DNA of 64,000 nt from an uncultured bacterium (GTDB lineage Bacteria > Fidelibacterota > Marinisomatia > Marinisomatales > UBA1611), in assembly GCA_965660855.1 (NCBI GenBank), contig CBFIBM010000002.1:1-64000 (forward strand), written 5' to 3'. Every line of letters starts with the position of its first letter. Positions within the stretch are counted from its first letter, which is position 1. Shown here piece by piece: positions 38,862-48,938 of the stretch. Under the pieces are notes generated by a model. It ran no database searches. It saw only the letters and a program-made list of their open reading frames with translations, and was not told the DNA's origin. Both the position numbers and the translations under genes were made by a program.

Positions 38862-41181
38862 AGCTGAGATAGCAATTTTAATTCTCATACCAATAATATT
38901 TCTATATAGGATGATATTTTTCAATGAGGTTGTGACAACGAACGATGAACTGGAGAGATATCCTATCAATGAATGGCGTGATAATTATCTATCAAATAAT
39001 GATGAAACACCACAATGGTTCCCAAATTTATTTTCAGGTATGCCATCATATGGAGGCTATATATATACAGATGGAGATCCAACTAAATTTATTAGGAATA
39101 CAATTCTTTTTAATCCAGGTTTAAAAATATGGTTTTACCTATCTATTTGTGGAATTGGGATGTTTGTTTTCTTGAAATTAGTTGGTATTTCAAGTAATGC
39201 AGCATTATTTGGAAGTTTAATATCAAGTCTTACCCCGTACTCATTTGGATTGATAAATGCTGGGCACTTAAATAAAATATTTGCGATGGCTTATATACCA
39301 TGGGTTATTGCCGCAGCAATTAACCTAATAAATAGAGTAGATTTAAAATCTATTTTATTATTATCTTTAGCAACAGCACTTCAATTATGGGCAAATCACC
39401 CACAAATCGCATACTATACTTGGATGTTAATTGGATTTTATTTTTCATGGGAACTTGGAAGCTCGTTTTATCAAAAAAGTTTTAATTTTCAAAAAAACAT
39501 TAAAATATTTTCAGGCATACTTCTAAGTATAATTATTGCTTTGATTATGGTTTCAGATCCATATATGCAGATTTTTGAATTTCAGAAAGAATCAGATAGA
39601 GGTCTTGAGTCTGTTCTAGATGATAACGGTAGAACTACAAACTCTGATAAGAAATGGGAATATACAACTAGGTGGTCATTTCATCCCGCTGAATTAATTT
39701 CTTTTATTTTTCCATATTTCTATGGACTTCAAAATATTGAAGATATTAAAAAAGGTGCTTATTGGGGCTATATGCCATTTACTCAATCTACACATTACCT
39801 CGGCCTAGTAGTCTTAATATTTTCCTTATTAGGATTATTATTAAAAAAACCAGATAAAAATGATAAGGTTTTTTGGATTATATCAATACTTACCCTAATC
39901 ACTGGTTTTGGATCTTTCTTTCCCTTGTTATATAAACCTTTTTTTCATTTATTCCCATTTTTTTCAAAATTTAGAGTACCCTCAATGATTTATGTACTTC
40001 TAGCAGTTTCTCTTCCATTTTTAGGTGCAAGAGGACTAGATATTCTTATAGAAAATTTTAAAAATAATGCTACTACTAAGATAATAAATAAAATATTCAT
40101 TTCTTTATTTGTTATTATAGTTATTTTTTTAATATTTGAAAATTCAATTATCAGCTATAATGCTTCAGGAGATTCTCGATATAACCCAAGTAGTATAATT
40201 TTTTTGAAAGACGCAAGATCATCACTATTTCAAAAAGGATTATTATTAGCATTTGGTATATCCATTAGTCTATATATTTTATTGAACAGTTTTCTAAAAA
40301 ATAGGATAAATAAGAAATCATTTATTCTAATTCTTATATCAATTACTTTGATTGATTTAGGCATCGTAAACTTTGAATTCATAAATTTAAAGACTCCCCA
40401 AAATTTTAATTTAATTTTTAAGTCGAATTCAAAAATAGATCACATGATTAAAGATAAGGATCATTTTAGGATTTTTCCGGCAGATAAAATGGGTTCAAAT
40501 TGGTTTAGTTATTGGAACCTTGAAAGTATAGCAGGATATAGACCAATTAAGTTAAGAAACTATCAAGATATTATGGATGCTGGGGGATTAAATAATCCAA
40601 AAATATTAAATATGTTAAATGTTAAATATGTCGTAACTCGGAAAAAAATTAACAATGTAAACTTTCATAAAATCCCTAATATGAATGGCCTGTACGAGAA
40701 TAAAAATGTTCTGCCAAAATCATGGGTTGTAAACAAAGTTTTACCTGCTGAAAATGAGAGAGAGTCTCTGCATAAGACCCTCTCGTCAAGTTTTGATCCA
40801 AATTCACAAGCTGTTTTAATTAATTATGATGGTAAATTTTTGAATGAAAAGAGTTCTGGAAGTTCCTCTGTAATTGAAAGAAGCGAAAATAGAATATTAC
40901 TTTCAACTGAATCGAAAACTGGAGGTGTTTTGGTACTGTCTGAAATCTATTATTCACCAGGGTGGAAAGCTTTTGTTAATGGAGTGAATGTACCTATTTA
41001 CCAAGCGAATCATATTTTGAGATCTATTGAAATCCCATCTGGGAAATCTGAAGTAGTGTTTGAATATGATATTAAAACTTGGGAAACTGCGCGAATAATA
41101 TCCAGAACTTCATTTATAGCAATTTTATTATTTCTAGGAATTTTATTTTATAAAGATAAAAAAATATATGAAACTTTATAA
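38824..41181 (+). CDS. YfhO family membrane protein (GT-C-like)
   Basis: PQWFPNLFSGMP, AGH..K, ANHPQIAYY, SKFRVP, LVLSEIYYSPGWKAFVNG; many TMs. The start is probably ATG 38839 or 38845. Confidence 0.88.
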   Translation: MKKVKMNMIKKNKAEIAILILIPIIFLYRMIFFNEVVTTNDELERYPINEWRDNYLSNNDETPQWFPNLFSGMPSYGGYIYTDGDPTKFIRNTILFNPGLKIWFYLSICGIGMFVFLKLVGISSNAALFGSLISSLTPYSFGLINAGHLNKIFAMAYIPWVIAAAINLINRVDLKSILLLSLATALQLWANHPQIAYYTWMLIGFYFSWELGSSFYQKSFNFQKNIKIFSGILLSIIIALIMVSDPYMQIFEFQKESDRGLESVLDDNGRTTNSDKKWEYTTRWSFHPAELISFIFPYFYGLQNIEDIKKGAYWGYMPFTQSTHYLGLVVLIFSLLGLLLKKPDKNDKVFWIISILTLITGFGSFFPLLYKPFFHLFPFFSKFRVPSMIYVLLAVSLPFLGARGLDILIENFKNNATTKIINKIFISLFVIIVIFLIFENSIISYNASGDSRYNPSSIIFLKDARSSLFQKGLLLAFGISISLYILLNSFLKNRINKKSFILILISITLIDLGIVNFEFINLKTPQNFNLIFKSNSKIDHMIKDKDHFRIFPADKMGSNWFSYWNLESIAGYRPIKLRNYQDIMDAGGLNNPKILNMLNVKYVVTRKKINNVNFHKIPNMNGLYENKNVLPKSWVVNKVLPAENERESLHKTLSSSFDPNSQAVLINYDGKFLNEKSSGSSSVIERSENRILLSTESKTGGVLVLSEIYYSPGWKAFVNGVNVPIYQANHILRSIEIPSGKSEVVFEYDIKTWETARIISRTSFIAILLFLGILFYKDKKIYETL

Positions 41182-42331
41182 AAATGCAGGGAATATTAAA
41201 GCTGGATTATTTATCCTTGGTGTATCACTTATCATTATTCTTTTAGCTTATACTCAGTTTTTAGTAAACGAATTAAGAAAGGATAATAGGGAGGTAGTTA
41301 GATTGTATGCAAGTTTCATTGCAAATATAGTGCAAGATGAAAATGAAACGAACTTAAACTTTATTTTTGAAAATGTAATTCAAAAAGTAAAATTTCCTTT
41401 AATCCAAACAGATAATGAGGATAAACCTCAATTATGGAAAAATTTACCTAAAGATATTAAAAATGAGAAAGATCGAATTAAATTTATGAATTTAATTGAT
41501 AATTATAATTCTCCGATTCCATTAGTCTACAAAGATAAAAATATTGGAGAAATTACTTTTGGCTATCTCCATTTTGGTGATTCGTCGATTGTAGAAAAGT
41601 TAAAGTTTTGGACCTACCTAATAATTTTTGCAATTGGAATTTTTATTTTTCTTGGATTTTTAGGTTTTACTTTCATCAGAAATAATGAAAAAAAACATAT
41701 TTGGGTTGGAATGGCTAGGGAGACAGCACATCAATTGGGAACGCCAGTATCTGCATTAATGGGGTGGTTAGATTGGTTGAAAAATCATCCAGGAAAATCA
41801 AAAGAAATCATACCTGAAATCGAGCTTGATCTTCAAAGATTAGAACAGATTAGTAGAAGATTTAGTCAGATGGGTTCAAAGTCAGATTTTGAAAAGTTTG
41901 ATTTATCAATTAAAATAAAAAAAGTTTTAGATTATCTTGAAAAACGTCTTCCCTCAATAGGTAAAAAGGTTAATTTATTAAATGATATTGACCCGCATAT
42001 AATGATTGTAGGTAATGGGTCTTTATTAGCTTGGGCAATTGAAAATTTAATTAGAAATGGTATTGATGCAATAGATCAAGTTAATGGGGAAATAAGTATT
42101 ATTTTAAAAGAGGAAAACAAAAAAATATTAATTCAAATTAAAGATAATGGCATTGGTATTCCAAAAAAAGATTGGAAAAACATTTTTAGACCCGGTTTTA
42201 GTACAAAAAAAACCGGTTGGGGTTTAGGTTTATCTTTGTCAACAAGGATAGTTGAAGACATACATAACGGTGAACTAAGTGTTCTTAGTTCATCCAAAAA
42301 TAATGGGACCACTATTCAAATCAGACTTTAA
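41168..42331 (+). CDS. Two-component sensor histidine kinase
   Basis: Two TMs; H-box ETAHQLGTP; N-box ENLIRN; DNGIGI; FRPGFSTK..GWGLGL. Confidence 0.94.
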   Translation: MKLYKNAGNIKAGLFILGVSLIIILLAYTQFLVNELRKDNREVVRLYASFIANIVQDENETNLNFIFENVIQKVKFPLIQTDNEDKPQLWKNLPKDIKNEKDRIKFMNLIDNYNSPIPLVYKDKNIGEITFGYLHFGDSSIVEKLKFWTYLIIFAIGIFIFLGFLGFTFIRNNEKKHIWVGMARETAHQLGTPVSALMGWLDWLKNHPGKSKEIIPEIELDLQRLEQISRRFSQMGSKSDFEKFDLSIKIKKVLDYLEKRLPSIGKKVNLLNDIDPHIMIVGNGSLLAWAIENLIRNGIDAIDQVNGEISIILKEENKKILIQIKDNGIGIPKKDWKNIFRPGFSTKKTGWGLGLSLSTRIVEDIHNGELSVLSSSKNNGTTIQIRL

Positions 42332-42380
42332 AAGATTAATAACTATAAGTAAATTTTAAATCATTAATTAAGGATATTTT

Positions 42381-42704
42381 GTGGAATTTATATACGCTCA
42401 GGAAACTCAAAGTGGAGGAATAGCTGCTTTTTTACCTTTCATTTTAATCATGTTTATTATCTATTTCTTAATGATAAGGCCTCAAACAAAAAGACAAAAA
42501 GAAAAAGAGATGATGCGAGAGGGACTAAAGAAAGGTGATAAAGTAGTTACGATGGGTGGTATACATGGTACGATACAAGGGTTTAAAGAAAAAAATAAAT
42601 TAGTAGTGCTAAAGATTGATAACAATACTAATATAACCTTGAACAAAACTGCAATTCTTGGATTCACGAACTCTATAAGTAATCAAGAATTAGAACAAAC
42701 ATAA
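42381..42704 (+). CDS. yajC: Preprotein translocase subunit YajC
   Basis: YFLMIRPQ.KRQK and LKKGDKVVTMGGIHG; GTG start with aagga SD. Confidence 0.95.
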   Translation: MEFIYAQETQSGGIAAFLPFILIMFIIYFLMIRPQTKRQKEKEMMREGLKKGDKVVTMGGIHGTIQGFKEKNKLVVLKIDNNTNITLNKTAILGFTNSISNQELEQT

Positions 42705-43258
42705 TGTCAATATTAGATATAGTCCATTATGGTGATCCTATTTTAAGGAAAAAATGTAAGCCAGTTACTAATTTTAATAAAATAGTATCCATCATTGATG
42801 ACATGTTTGATTCAATGTATGAAGCAGAAGGAATTGGTTTAGCGGCAAATCAGGTTGGCCTTGATATGCACTTATTTATTGTTGATATTTCACATACAGA
42901 TGAAACAGATCAAACACATATTTTTATTAATAGCACTATTATCAGTAAAAATAATGACGAGGAGTATTTTCAGGAAGGATGTCTTTCTATCCCAGGAATT
43001 GCGTTAGATGTGTTACGACCTAAAAAAATAACTTTAAAATATCAAACACCAGATCAAAAATGGCATAAAAAAAAGTTTGATGGATTGCTAGCTAGGGCAA
43101 TTCAGCATGAGATAGATCATTTAAATGGAGTATTTATTATAGATAGAGTTGATCAAAAAGAAAGAAAAAAATATAAGAAAGATTTAAAGTCAATAGCATT
43201 AATTCAAGCAAAGAATAGAAGTGGGAACAAATCAAAAGAAAAAGATTTCTTTCTTTAA
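42704..43258 (+). CDS. def: Peptide deformylase
   Basis: GIGLAANQVG, EGCLS, QHEIDHLNG. Confidence 0.97.
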   Translation: MSILDIVHYGDPILRKKCKPVTNFNKIVSIIDDMFDSMYEAEGIGLAANQVGLDMHLFIVDISHTDETDQTHIFINSTIISKNNDEEYFQEGCLSIPGIALDVLRPKKITLKYQTPDQKWHKKKFDGLLARAIQHEIDHLNGVFIIDRVDQKERKKYKKDLKSIALIQAKNRSGNKSKEKDFFL

Positions 43259-43296
43259 ATTTTATTATCAAAAATTATAAACCAACCTTTTAATAA

Positions 43297-44220
43297 ATGC
43301 GTATAATTTTTATGGGAAACCCTGAATTTTCAATTCCCGTTCTTCAAAAAATTATTGAATCAAAACACCATTTGCTTGCAGTAGTCTCTAATCCTCCAAA
43401 AAAAATGGGTAGAGGTAATTTGTATAAGTATACCCCAATTGGTGATTTTTCAAGGAAAAATGATTTACTTCTCATTCATCCTGATGAATTGGACTCAAAT
43501 CTATTTCAAGATAAGATCAGGGCATTAAAACCTGATTTATTTATTGTTGTTGCATATAAAATATTACCAATCTCTTTAATTAATATTCCGAATTACGGGG
43601 CATTAAATTTACATGCATCTCTTTTACCAAAGTATAGAGGTGCTGCTCCTATCCAGTGGGCCTTAATGAATGGAGAAAAAACAACAGGAATTACTATTTT
43701 TCAAATAAAACCAGATGTAGATACAGGTGATATTCTTTATCAAAAAGAGTATACAATTAATGAGAATGATACTATGTATTCACTTGGAATGAGATTGTGT
43801 GTCAGTGGATCAAAGTATGTTGTCAAGACAATTGATGAAATTCATAAAGGAAAAATTATAGCTGTGCCTCAAGATAGTAATAAAGCGACCTCTGCACCGA
43901 AAATAACAAAAAAAATGGCTACAATTAATTGGTCTTGGCCTGCACAAAAAATTCATAACTGGGTAAGAGGACTCAGTCCATTCCCTGGGATGGTAACTAA
44001 ATATAAAAATAAAAATCTTAGAATTTTTAAAACAAAATTATATCCAGGATTAGCTACGAATATTGGAGAAATATATTTAATAAATAAAAAAGAACTAATT
44101 ATTTCTACTGGAAATGGTCTTTTATCTCTTTTGGAAGTGCAACTTGAAGGAAAAAAGAGAATGGATATTCAAAATTTTTTAAATGGGAATTTACTAGCCC
44201 AAGGTGAAAGGCTTATTTAG
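43297..44220 (+). CDS. fmt: Methionyl-tRNA formyltransferase
   Basis: IFMGNPEF, NLHASLLPKYRGAAPI, DTGD. Confidence 0.97.
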   Translation: MRIIFMGNPEFSIPVLQKIIESKHHLLAVVSNPPKKMGRGNLYKYTPIGDFSRKNDLLLIHPDELDSNLFQDKIRALKPDLFIVVAYKILPISLINIPNYGALNLHASLLPKYRGAAPIQWALMNGEKTTGITIFQIKPDVDTGDILYQKEYTINENDTMYSLGMRLCVSGSKYVVKTIDEIHKGKIIAVPQDSNKATSAPKITKKMATINWSWPAQKIHNWVRGLSPFPGMVTKYKNKNLRIFKTKLYPGLATNIGEIYLINKKELIISTGNGLLSLLEVQLEGKKRMDIQNFLNGNLLAQGERLI

Positions 44221-45536
44221 TGAAAAATGATGCTAGGGAACTATCTGTAAAAATCTTGATAAATTTTGATAAAACACATGAGCAATTAAATGAAATTCAA
44301 AATAAATTTTTTCTAAACAATAATTACAATACTCAAGTAAAATCACGATCAAAAGTTTTAACAAATGAAATAATCAGATTTAAAGGACGAATTGATTATA
44401 TCATTGAACAAATTTCAGGGAAAAAAAATAAAAATTTTAATAAAAATCTAATTTCTATACTTCGTCTAGCCATTTATGAGATTTTATTTGATCCTAAAAT
44501 TCCAGATTATGCATCTGTCAATACTGCTGTTGATTTAACAAAAATTAATTTGAATAAAAAAGCATCTGGACTAACTAATGCAGTACTTAGAAAGTTAATT
44601 CGTATTAAAGAAGAAAAAAAAAATTGGGATGAAAAATTTAGAACAGATAAAAAATGGAATTCATTTCCAATTTGGATTCAAAATAGGTTTAGTAATCAAC
44701 ATAAGGAAATAAATGCAAAATTATTTTTCCAATCTTTTAATAAAAGTCCTGAAACATTTGTAAGAAATGATAGCAAATTAAGCATATTTGATTTAAAAGA
44801 TAATCTTTACAGAAATAATATAAAATCTTTAATCTTCAATGAATTTTTTTTAAAAATAAAAAATGGTTCAAAAGATATTTTAGATAATGAATTCTTTCAA
44901 TCAGGACAAATTTCTATCCAAGACCCAGCATCATATGGAATTATTGAATGTTTAAATATTCAGAAGGACGATGTAATTTTAGATGTATGTGCTGCACCTG
45001 GAACCAAATCTCTTGCTATGTCCTATTTAGTAGGCGAAAAAGGAAAAATATTGTCCTCTGATATAAATAATTCCAGAGTTGAAATGGGGAGAAAAGATTT
45101 AAAACGTAATAATAGAAAAAATATAATATGGTCAGTTAAGGATGCGTCTAAAGATACATTCCCAATTGTTAACAAAATTTTAGTTGATGCTCCATGCTCC
45201 GGGCTAGGGGTGCTTAGAAGAAAGCCAGATATAAGGTGGAGAAGAAAAGAAAAAGAAATAACTTTCTTTTCAAATTTACAATTAAAAATATTATGTCATA
45301 TGTCCAGTTTTCTAAAGCCAGGGGGAGTCCTTGTTTATGGAACTTGCTCTATTGATAAAAAAGAGAATTTCAATGTTGTGCAGAATTTTTTGAGAATAAA
45401 TAAAGATTTCAAATTAGATAAAATGCCAAATACCATTGATAGAGAATTAATTGATGAAAATTATTGTTTTTCTACAATAAATGTGATTGATAATTTAGAT
45501 GGAATGTTTGCAGCCAGACTAAAAAAAAATGATTAA
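44220..45536 (+). CDS. rsmB: 16S rRNA m5C967 methyltransferase
   Basis: NusB-like N-terminus, DVCAAPGTK, LVDAPCSG, TCS...EN. Confidence 0.93.
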   Translation: MKNDARELSVKILINFDKTHEQLNEIQNKFFLNNNYNTQVKSRSKVLTNEIIRFKGRIDYIIEQISGKKNKNFNKNLISILRLAIYEILFDPKIPDYASVNTAVDLTKINLNKKASGLTNAVLRKLIRIKEEKKNWDEKFRTDKKWNSFPIWIQNRFSNQHKEINAKLFFQSFNKSPETFVRNDSKLSIFDLKDNLYRNNIKSLIFNEFFLKIKNGSKDILDNEFFQSGQISIQDPASYGIIECLNIQKDDVILDVCAAPGTKSLAMSYLVGEKGKILSSDINNSRVEMGRKDLKRNNRKNIIWSVKDASKDTFPIVNKILVDAPCSGLGVLRRKPDIRWRRKEKEITFFSNLQLKILCHMSSFLKPGGVLVYGTCSIDKKENFNVVQNFLRINKDFKLDKMPNTIDRELIDENYCFSTINVIDNLDGMFAARLKKND

Positions 45537-46287
45537 GAATATTATTACTCATGTAGCCGTATTTAGTATTTCCTCAATTATATTAATTCTTTTTTTTAAT
45601 TCCTTTTTAATGCCAATTTATGTCAGAATGGATGAGGGAAAGTATATGGTGAATGTAGTGGATAAGGATATAAGTTATGCTGAAAAAATTCTAAAATCAG
45701 AAGGTTATAAAAGTCTTATATCTGATACACTTTTTACTGCAAAATTTAATCAAGGTACTGTTGTTGATCAATATCCTACACCAAATACAAGAGTTAAAAA
45801 GGGAAGAACAGTTAGATTGAAAATTGCGTATGCTGAAAAAATGGTTCAAATACCAGACCTTATCGGTAGATCAATTAGAAGTGCTGAGTTAGCTGTAAAT
45901 CAAATTGGTCTTACAATTGATACAGTATATCAAGAATATAATTCGGATGTTCCTTCTGGTAATGTTACATGGCAATATCCAAAAGGCGGAGATTTATTAA
46001 ATAAAGGTATGGGGCTTCATTTAACGACAAGCTTAGGAGTTCCACCAAATTTTTTTCAGGTACCTAATTTATTTGGACTTAGTAAGAAAAAAGCAATCAT
46101 AGATATTAAAAAAGCGGGTTTTAGCTTAGGTAAAATATTCTATAGACAAAATGAAGATCTCATCCCATATACAGTTCTGGATCAATCTATAATAGCTGAA
46201 ACAATACTAGAGGAGCCGACAACAATAGATTTGACAATAAGCGTCTTAGATATGCAGGATATTTTCAATCAAATGATCGATAAATGA
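45529..46287 (+). CDS. PASTA-domain membrane protein (three repeats, no kinase domain)
   Basis: N-terminal TM; repeats with GTVVDQYP, IPDLIG...QYP and VPNLFG...VLDQS. Confidence 0.88.
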   Translation: MIKNIITHVAVFSISSIILILFFNSFLMPIYVRMDEGKYMVNVVDKDISYAEKILKSEGYKSLISDTLFTAKFNQGTVVDQYPTPNTRVKKGRTVRLKIAYAEKMVQIPDLIGRSIRSAELAVNQIGLTIDTVYQEYNSDVPSGNVTWQYPKGGDLLNKGMGLHLTTSLGVPPNFFQVPNLFGLSKKKAIIDIKKAGFSLGKIFYRQNEDLIPYTVLDQSIIAETILEEPTTIDLTISVLDMQDIFNQMIDK

Positions 46288-46880
46288 AACAAGATATATT
46301 ATTTGAAATTTATCGTAAATTAATTCACTGTAGTTCAGTCATCTTGCCAACTGGATATATGTATCTTGTAAAAGATCAAGATAAAATGATATTCATCTTA
46401 GCATCCTTATCATTATTTTCAATACTTGTGGAATTATTGAGAAATAAAATACCAGCTATAAAAAGATTATTTAATTCTACCTTAGGTAAAATATTAAGAG
46501 GAAAGGAAACTCAAGGTCAACTGACAGGAGCTTCATGGCTTTTATTGGGATCACTAATTACCACAATTATTTTCCCAATTCAAATTGCAGTCCCAGCTTT
46601 AATTTTTTTGACTATAGGTGATAGTTTTGCAGCAATTATTGGAAAGTTATTTCCAATTGGTAAAATTGGATTAAAATCGATAAGTGGAACTATAGCAGGA
46701 TTTATTACTTCTTCATTTTTTGCGTTGAAGATAAATAAATCTATACCACTAGAGATAATAATTTTTGGATCTTTGATTGCAATGATTGTTGAATTAATTC
46801 CAAATAAAAAACTCAATGATAATATAACAATACCAATTATTTCAGCCTTATCAATTCAATTAAGCTTAAAATTAATATGA
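46284..46880 (+). CDS. Polyprenol/phytol (dolichol) kinase-like membrane protein
   Basis: RKLIH, GDSFAAIIG, KSISG, E...NDNITIP. Confidence 0.85.
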   Translation: MKQDILFEIYRKLIHCSSVILPTGYMYLVKDQDKMIFILASLSLFSILVELLRNKIPAIKRLFNSTLGKILRGKETQGQLTGASWLLLGSLITTIIFPIQIAVPALIFLTIGDSFAAIIGKLFPIGKIGLKSISGTIAGFITSSFFALKINKSIPLEIIIFGSLIAMIVELIPNKKLNDNITIPIISALSIQLSLKLI

Positions 46881-48937
46881 CATTTCTAAATCCATTAAAT
46901 CTTTGGTTCTTAATTTTTTTAAGTCTTCCGATAGTCCTTCATTTATTGAATAGATTTCAAAACAAAGAAGTAGATTTCAGCTCTTTAGTATTAATAAAAG
47001 AATTAAAGACAACATCACTAAAAAGGATTCAGCTTAAGCAGTTATTACTTTTACTATTACGGTTATTGGGAATTATCTTTTTAGTCTTTTCCTTCTCTCA
47101 GCCAGTGACAAATGGATTTATACCAAGTTGGGCTTCATCTGAGAAAGAGACTCGTTTATTTATAATCTTAGATAACTCAGCAAGTATGAGTGCAAAAAGT
47201 GACAAAAAATCATTTTTAGAACAATCAAAACACGGTATCATGTCTTTAATACCAATATTTGAGAAGAATTCTTTAATTTCAATTTTTAAAACATGTCCAC
47301 CTGAGAAGGTATTTGAAGGTTTTTCTAATGATCCTCAATTAAAAGAGGTTTTAAAATCTGTTAAGCAAACATATTCATTTGATGATGTCTGGAATAATAC
47401 AACGAATTTTATTAATAGTAATAAAATTAATGAAAAATTAAAAGAGTGTGTTATTTTTAGTGATTTAATGTATTTACCAGATAGTTCATTTATAAAATCA
47501 ATAAATGATTATGAAAATTGGAAATTTTATTTAATTCAGCCAGATCCAATAAATAATAATATGTCAATTCAAAGCGTCCGTTTTGAAAACAGGATTAATA
47601 CATTACAACAATTAACTAAGGTCAATACTCAAATTAAAAATAATAGTAACTTATTAAAAAAAAATATACCTGTTGAACTTTTATTTAATAAACAACGAGT
47701 AGGACAAGTCATTTCTGAATTTTCACCTGGCATTGAAAAAGAATTTCAATTTAAAGCATATCCATTGGATGAGGGAGTTTTGCATGGTGAAATCACTATA
47801 CCTAATGATGACTATATATACGACAATAGCTGGTTTCATACTATTCCAGTTTTAAAACAAATAAGTTGTGCAATTATTGGGAAAAATTCATCTGAGATAA
47901 AGTTATTAGAGATGGTATTAAATTCCATTGATCCTGAAAATTTATTTTTAAAGACTGAATCTAGAATCCAGCCTAACCTAAATCGTCTTTTTTTAGATGA
48001 GTTTGATATGGTAATCATTTATAATTCTTCATTATTATCCAAGAAAAGTATTGAAGACTTAGACGCTTTTACTAAAGAGGGTGGAGGTGTCCTTTGGTTT
48101 CAGGGTGAAAAAGCAGATTTTTCTGTTAGTCGACAGATCGGTGGCATATTGGATTTTCCAATCAACACAAAAATTGTTGAATCTGGTCAAGGATTTTTTT
48201 CTACTAAAATTGATTCTGTAGAACCTAGTATTTTTAAAGAAATAAAGGTAAAAAATATAAATGATGAAATGCCTAAAGTTTATAAATATATAAAAAGTAT
48301 CCCAAACAATGGCCATAAAGTACATCTGAGCTTGAATAATAATGATCCCTTACTTATAGAATTTACTAATGGTAGTGGTAAAATATTTTATTTTACCTCA
48401 TTGCTAGATATAACGTGGAACGATTTACCTATCCGAGGAATAATTATACCATTAATCTACAGATTGATAATACTTGCTGGAACAGATGAATTTAATACAG
48501 CTTCTGTAGAAATTGATCAATCTAAAATAATTTCTATACAGGAAAGTAAACTAAGAGATAAATGGGAGGTAATTTCTCCGTCCGGTCAAAAAGAGATGCT
48601 TGTTCCAGATTATAATTTTAAAGGGATACAGATTAGAATGACGAATGAGCTTGGTATTTATCAAGTTTATGCGAATGGAGAGCATGTAACTTCTTTCCCA
48701 ACTAAATTAAATAAAAAAGAACTATTAAAAAACCGTATCAATAATATAGATATAGAACCAATTATTCCTTCAAAATATGTGAAACTAATTAAATTAGATA
48801 AAAATATAAATAGTTCATTTTCTGAAACTAGAAGTGGAAAAAGCTTATGGAAGATTTTTCTTTATTTAGCAATTTTTGTCTTTTTTATTGAAAGTATTAT
48901 TGGATTACCAAATGAGAAAGCGATAAAACGAATTTAA
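46877..48937 (+). CDS. BatA-domain/vWA membrane protein
   Basis: MTFLNP...LPIVLHL...LLLLLRLL BatA N-terminus; MIDAS-like LDNSASM; FSD; C-terminal LWK..L...IES anchor. Confidence 0.85.
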   Translation: MTFLNPLNLWFLIFLSLPIVLHLLNRFQNKEVDFSSLVLIKELKTTSLKRIQLKQLLLLLLRLLGIIFLVFSFSQPVTNGFIPSWASSEKETRLFIILDNSASMSAKSDKKSFLEQSKHGIMSLIPIFEKNSLISIFKTCPPEKVFEGFSNDPQLKEVLKSVKQTYSFDDVWNNTTNFINSNKINEKLKECVIFSDLMYLPDSSFIKSINDYENWKFYLIQPDPINNNMSIQSVRFENRINTLQQLTKVNTQIKNNSNLLKKNIPVELLFNKQRVGQVISEFSPGIEKEFQFKAYPLDEGVLHGEITIPNDDYIYDNSWFHTIPVLKQISCAIIGKNSSEIKLLEMVLNSIDPENLFLKTESRIQPNLNRLFLDEFDMVIIYNSSLLSKKSIEDLDAFTKEGGGVLWFQGEKADFSVSRQIGGILDFPINTKIVESGQGFFSTKIDSVEPSIFKEIKVKNINDEMPKVYKYIKSIPNNGHKVHLSLNNNDPLLIEFTNGSGKIFYFTSLLDITWNDLPIRGIIIPLIYRLIILAGTDEFNTASVEIDQSKIISIQESKLRDKWEVISPSGQKEMLVPDYNFKGIQIRMTNELGIYQVYANGEHVTSFPTKLNKKELLKNRINNIDIEPIIPSKYVKLIKLDKNINSSFSETRSGKSLWKIFLYLAIFVFFIESIIGLPNEKAIKRI

Positions 48938-48938
48938 T

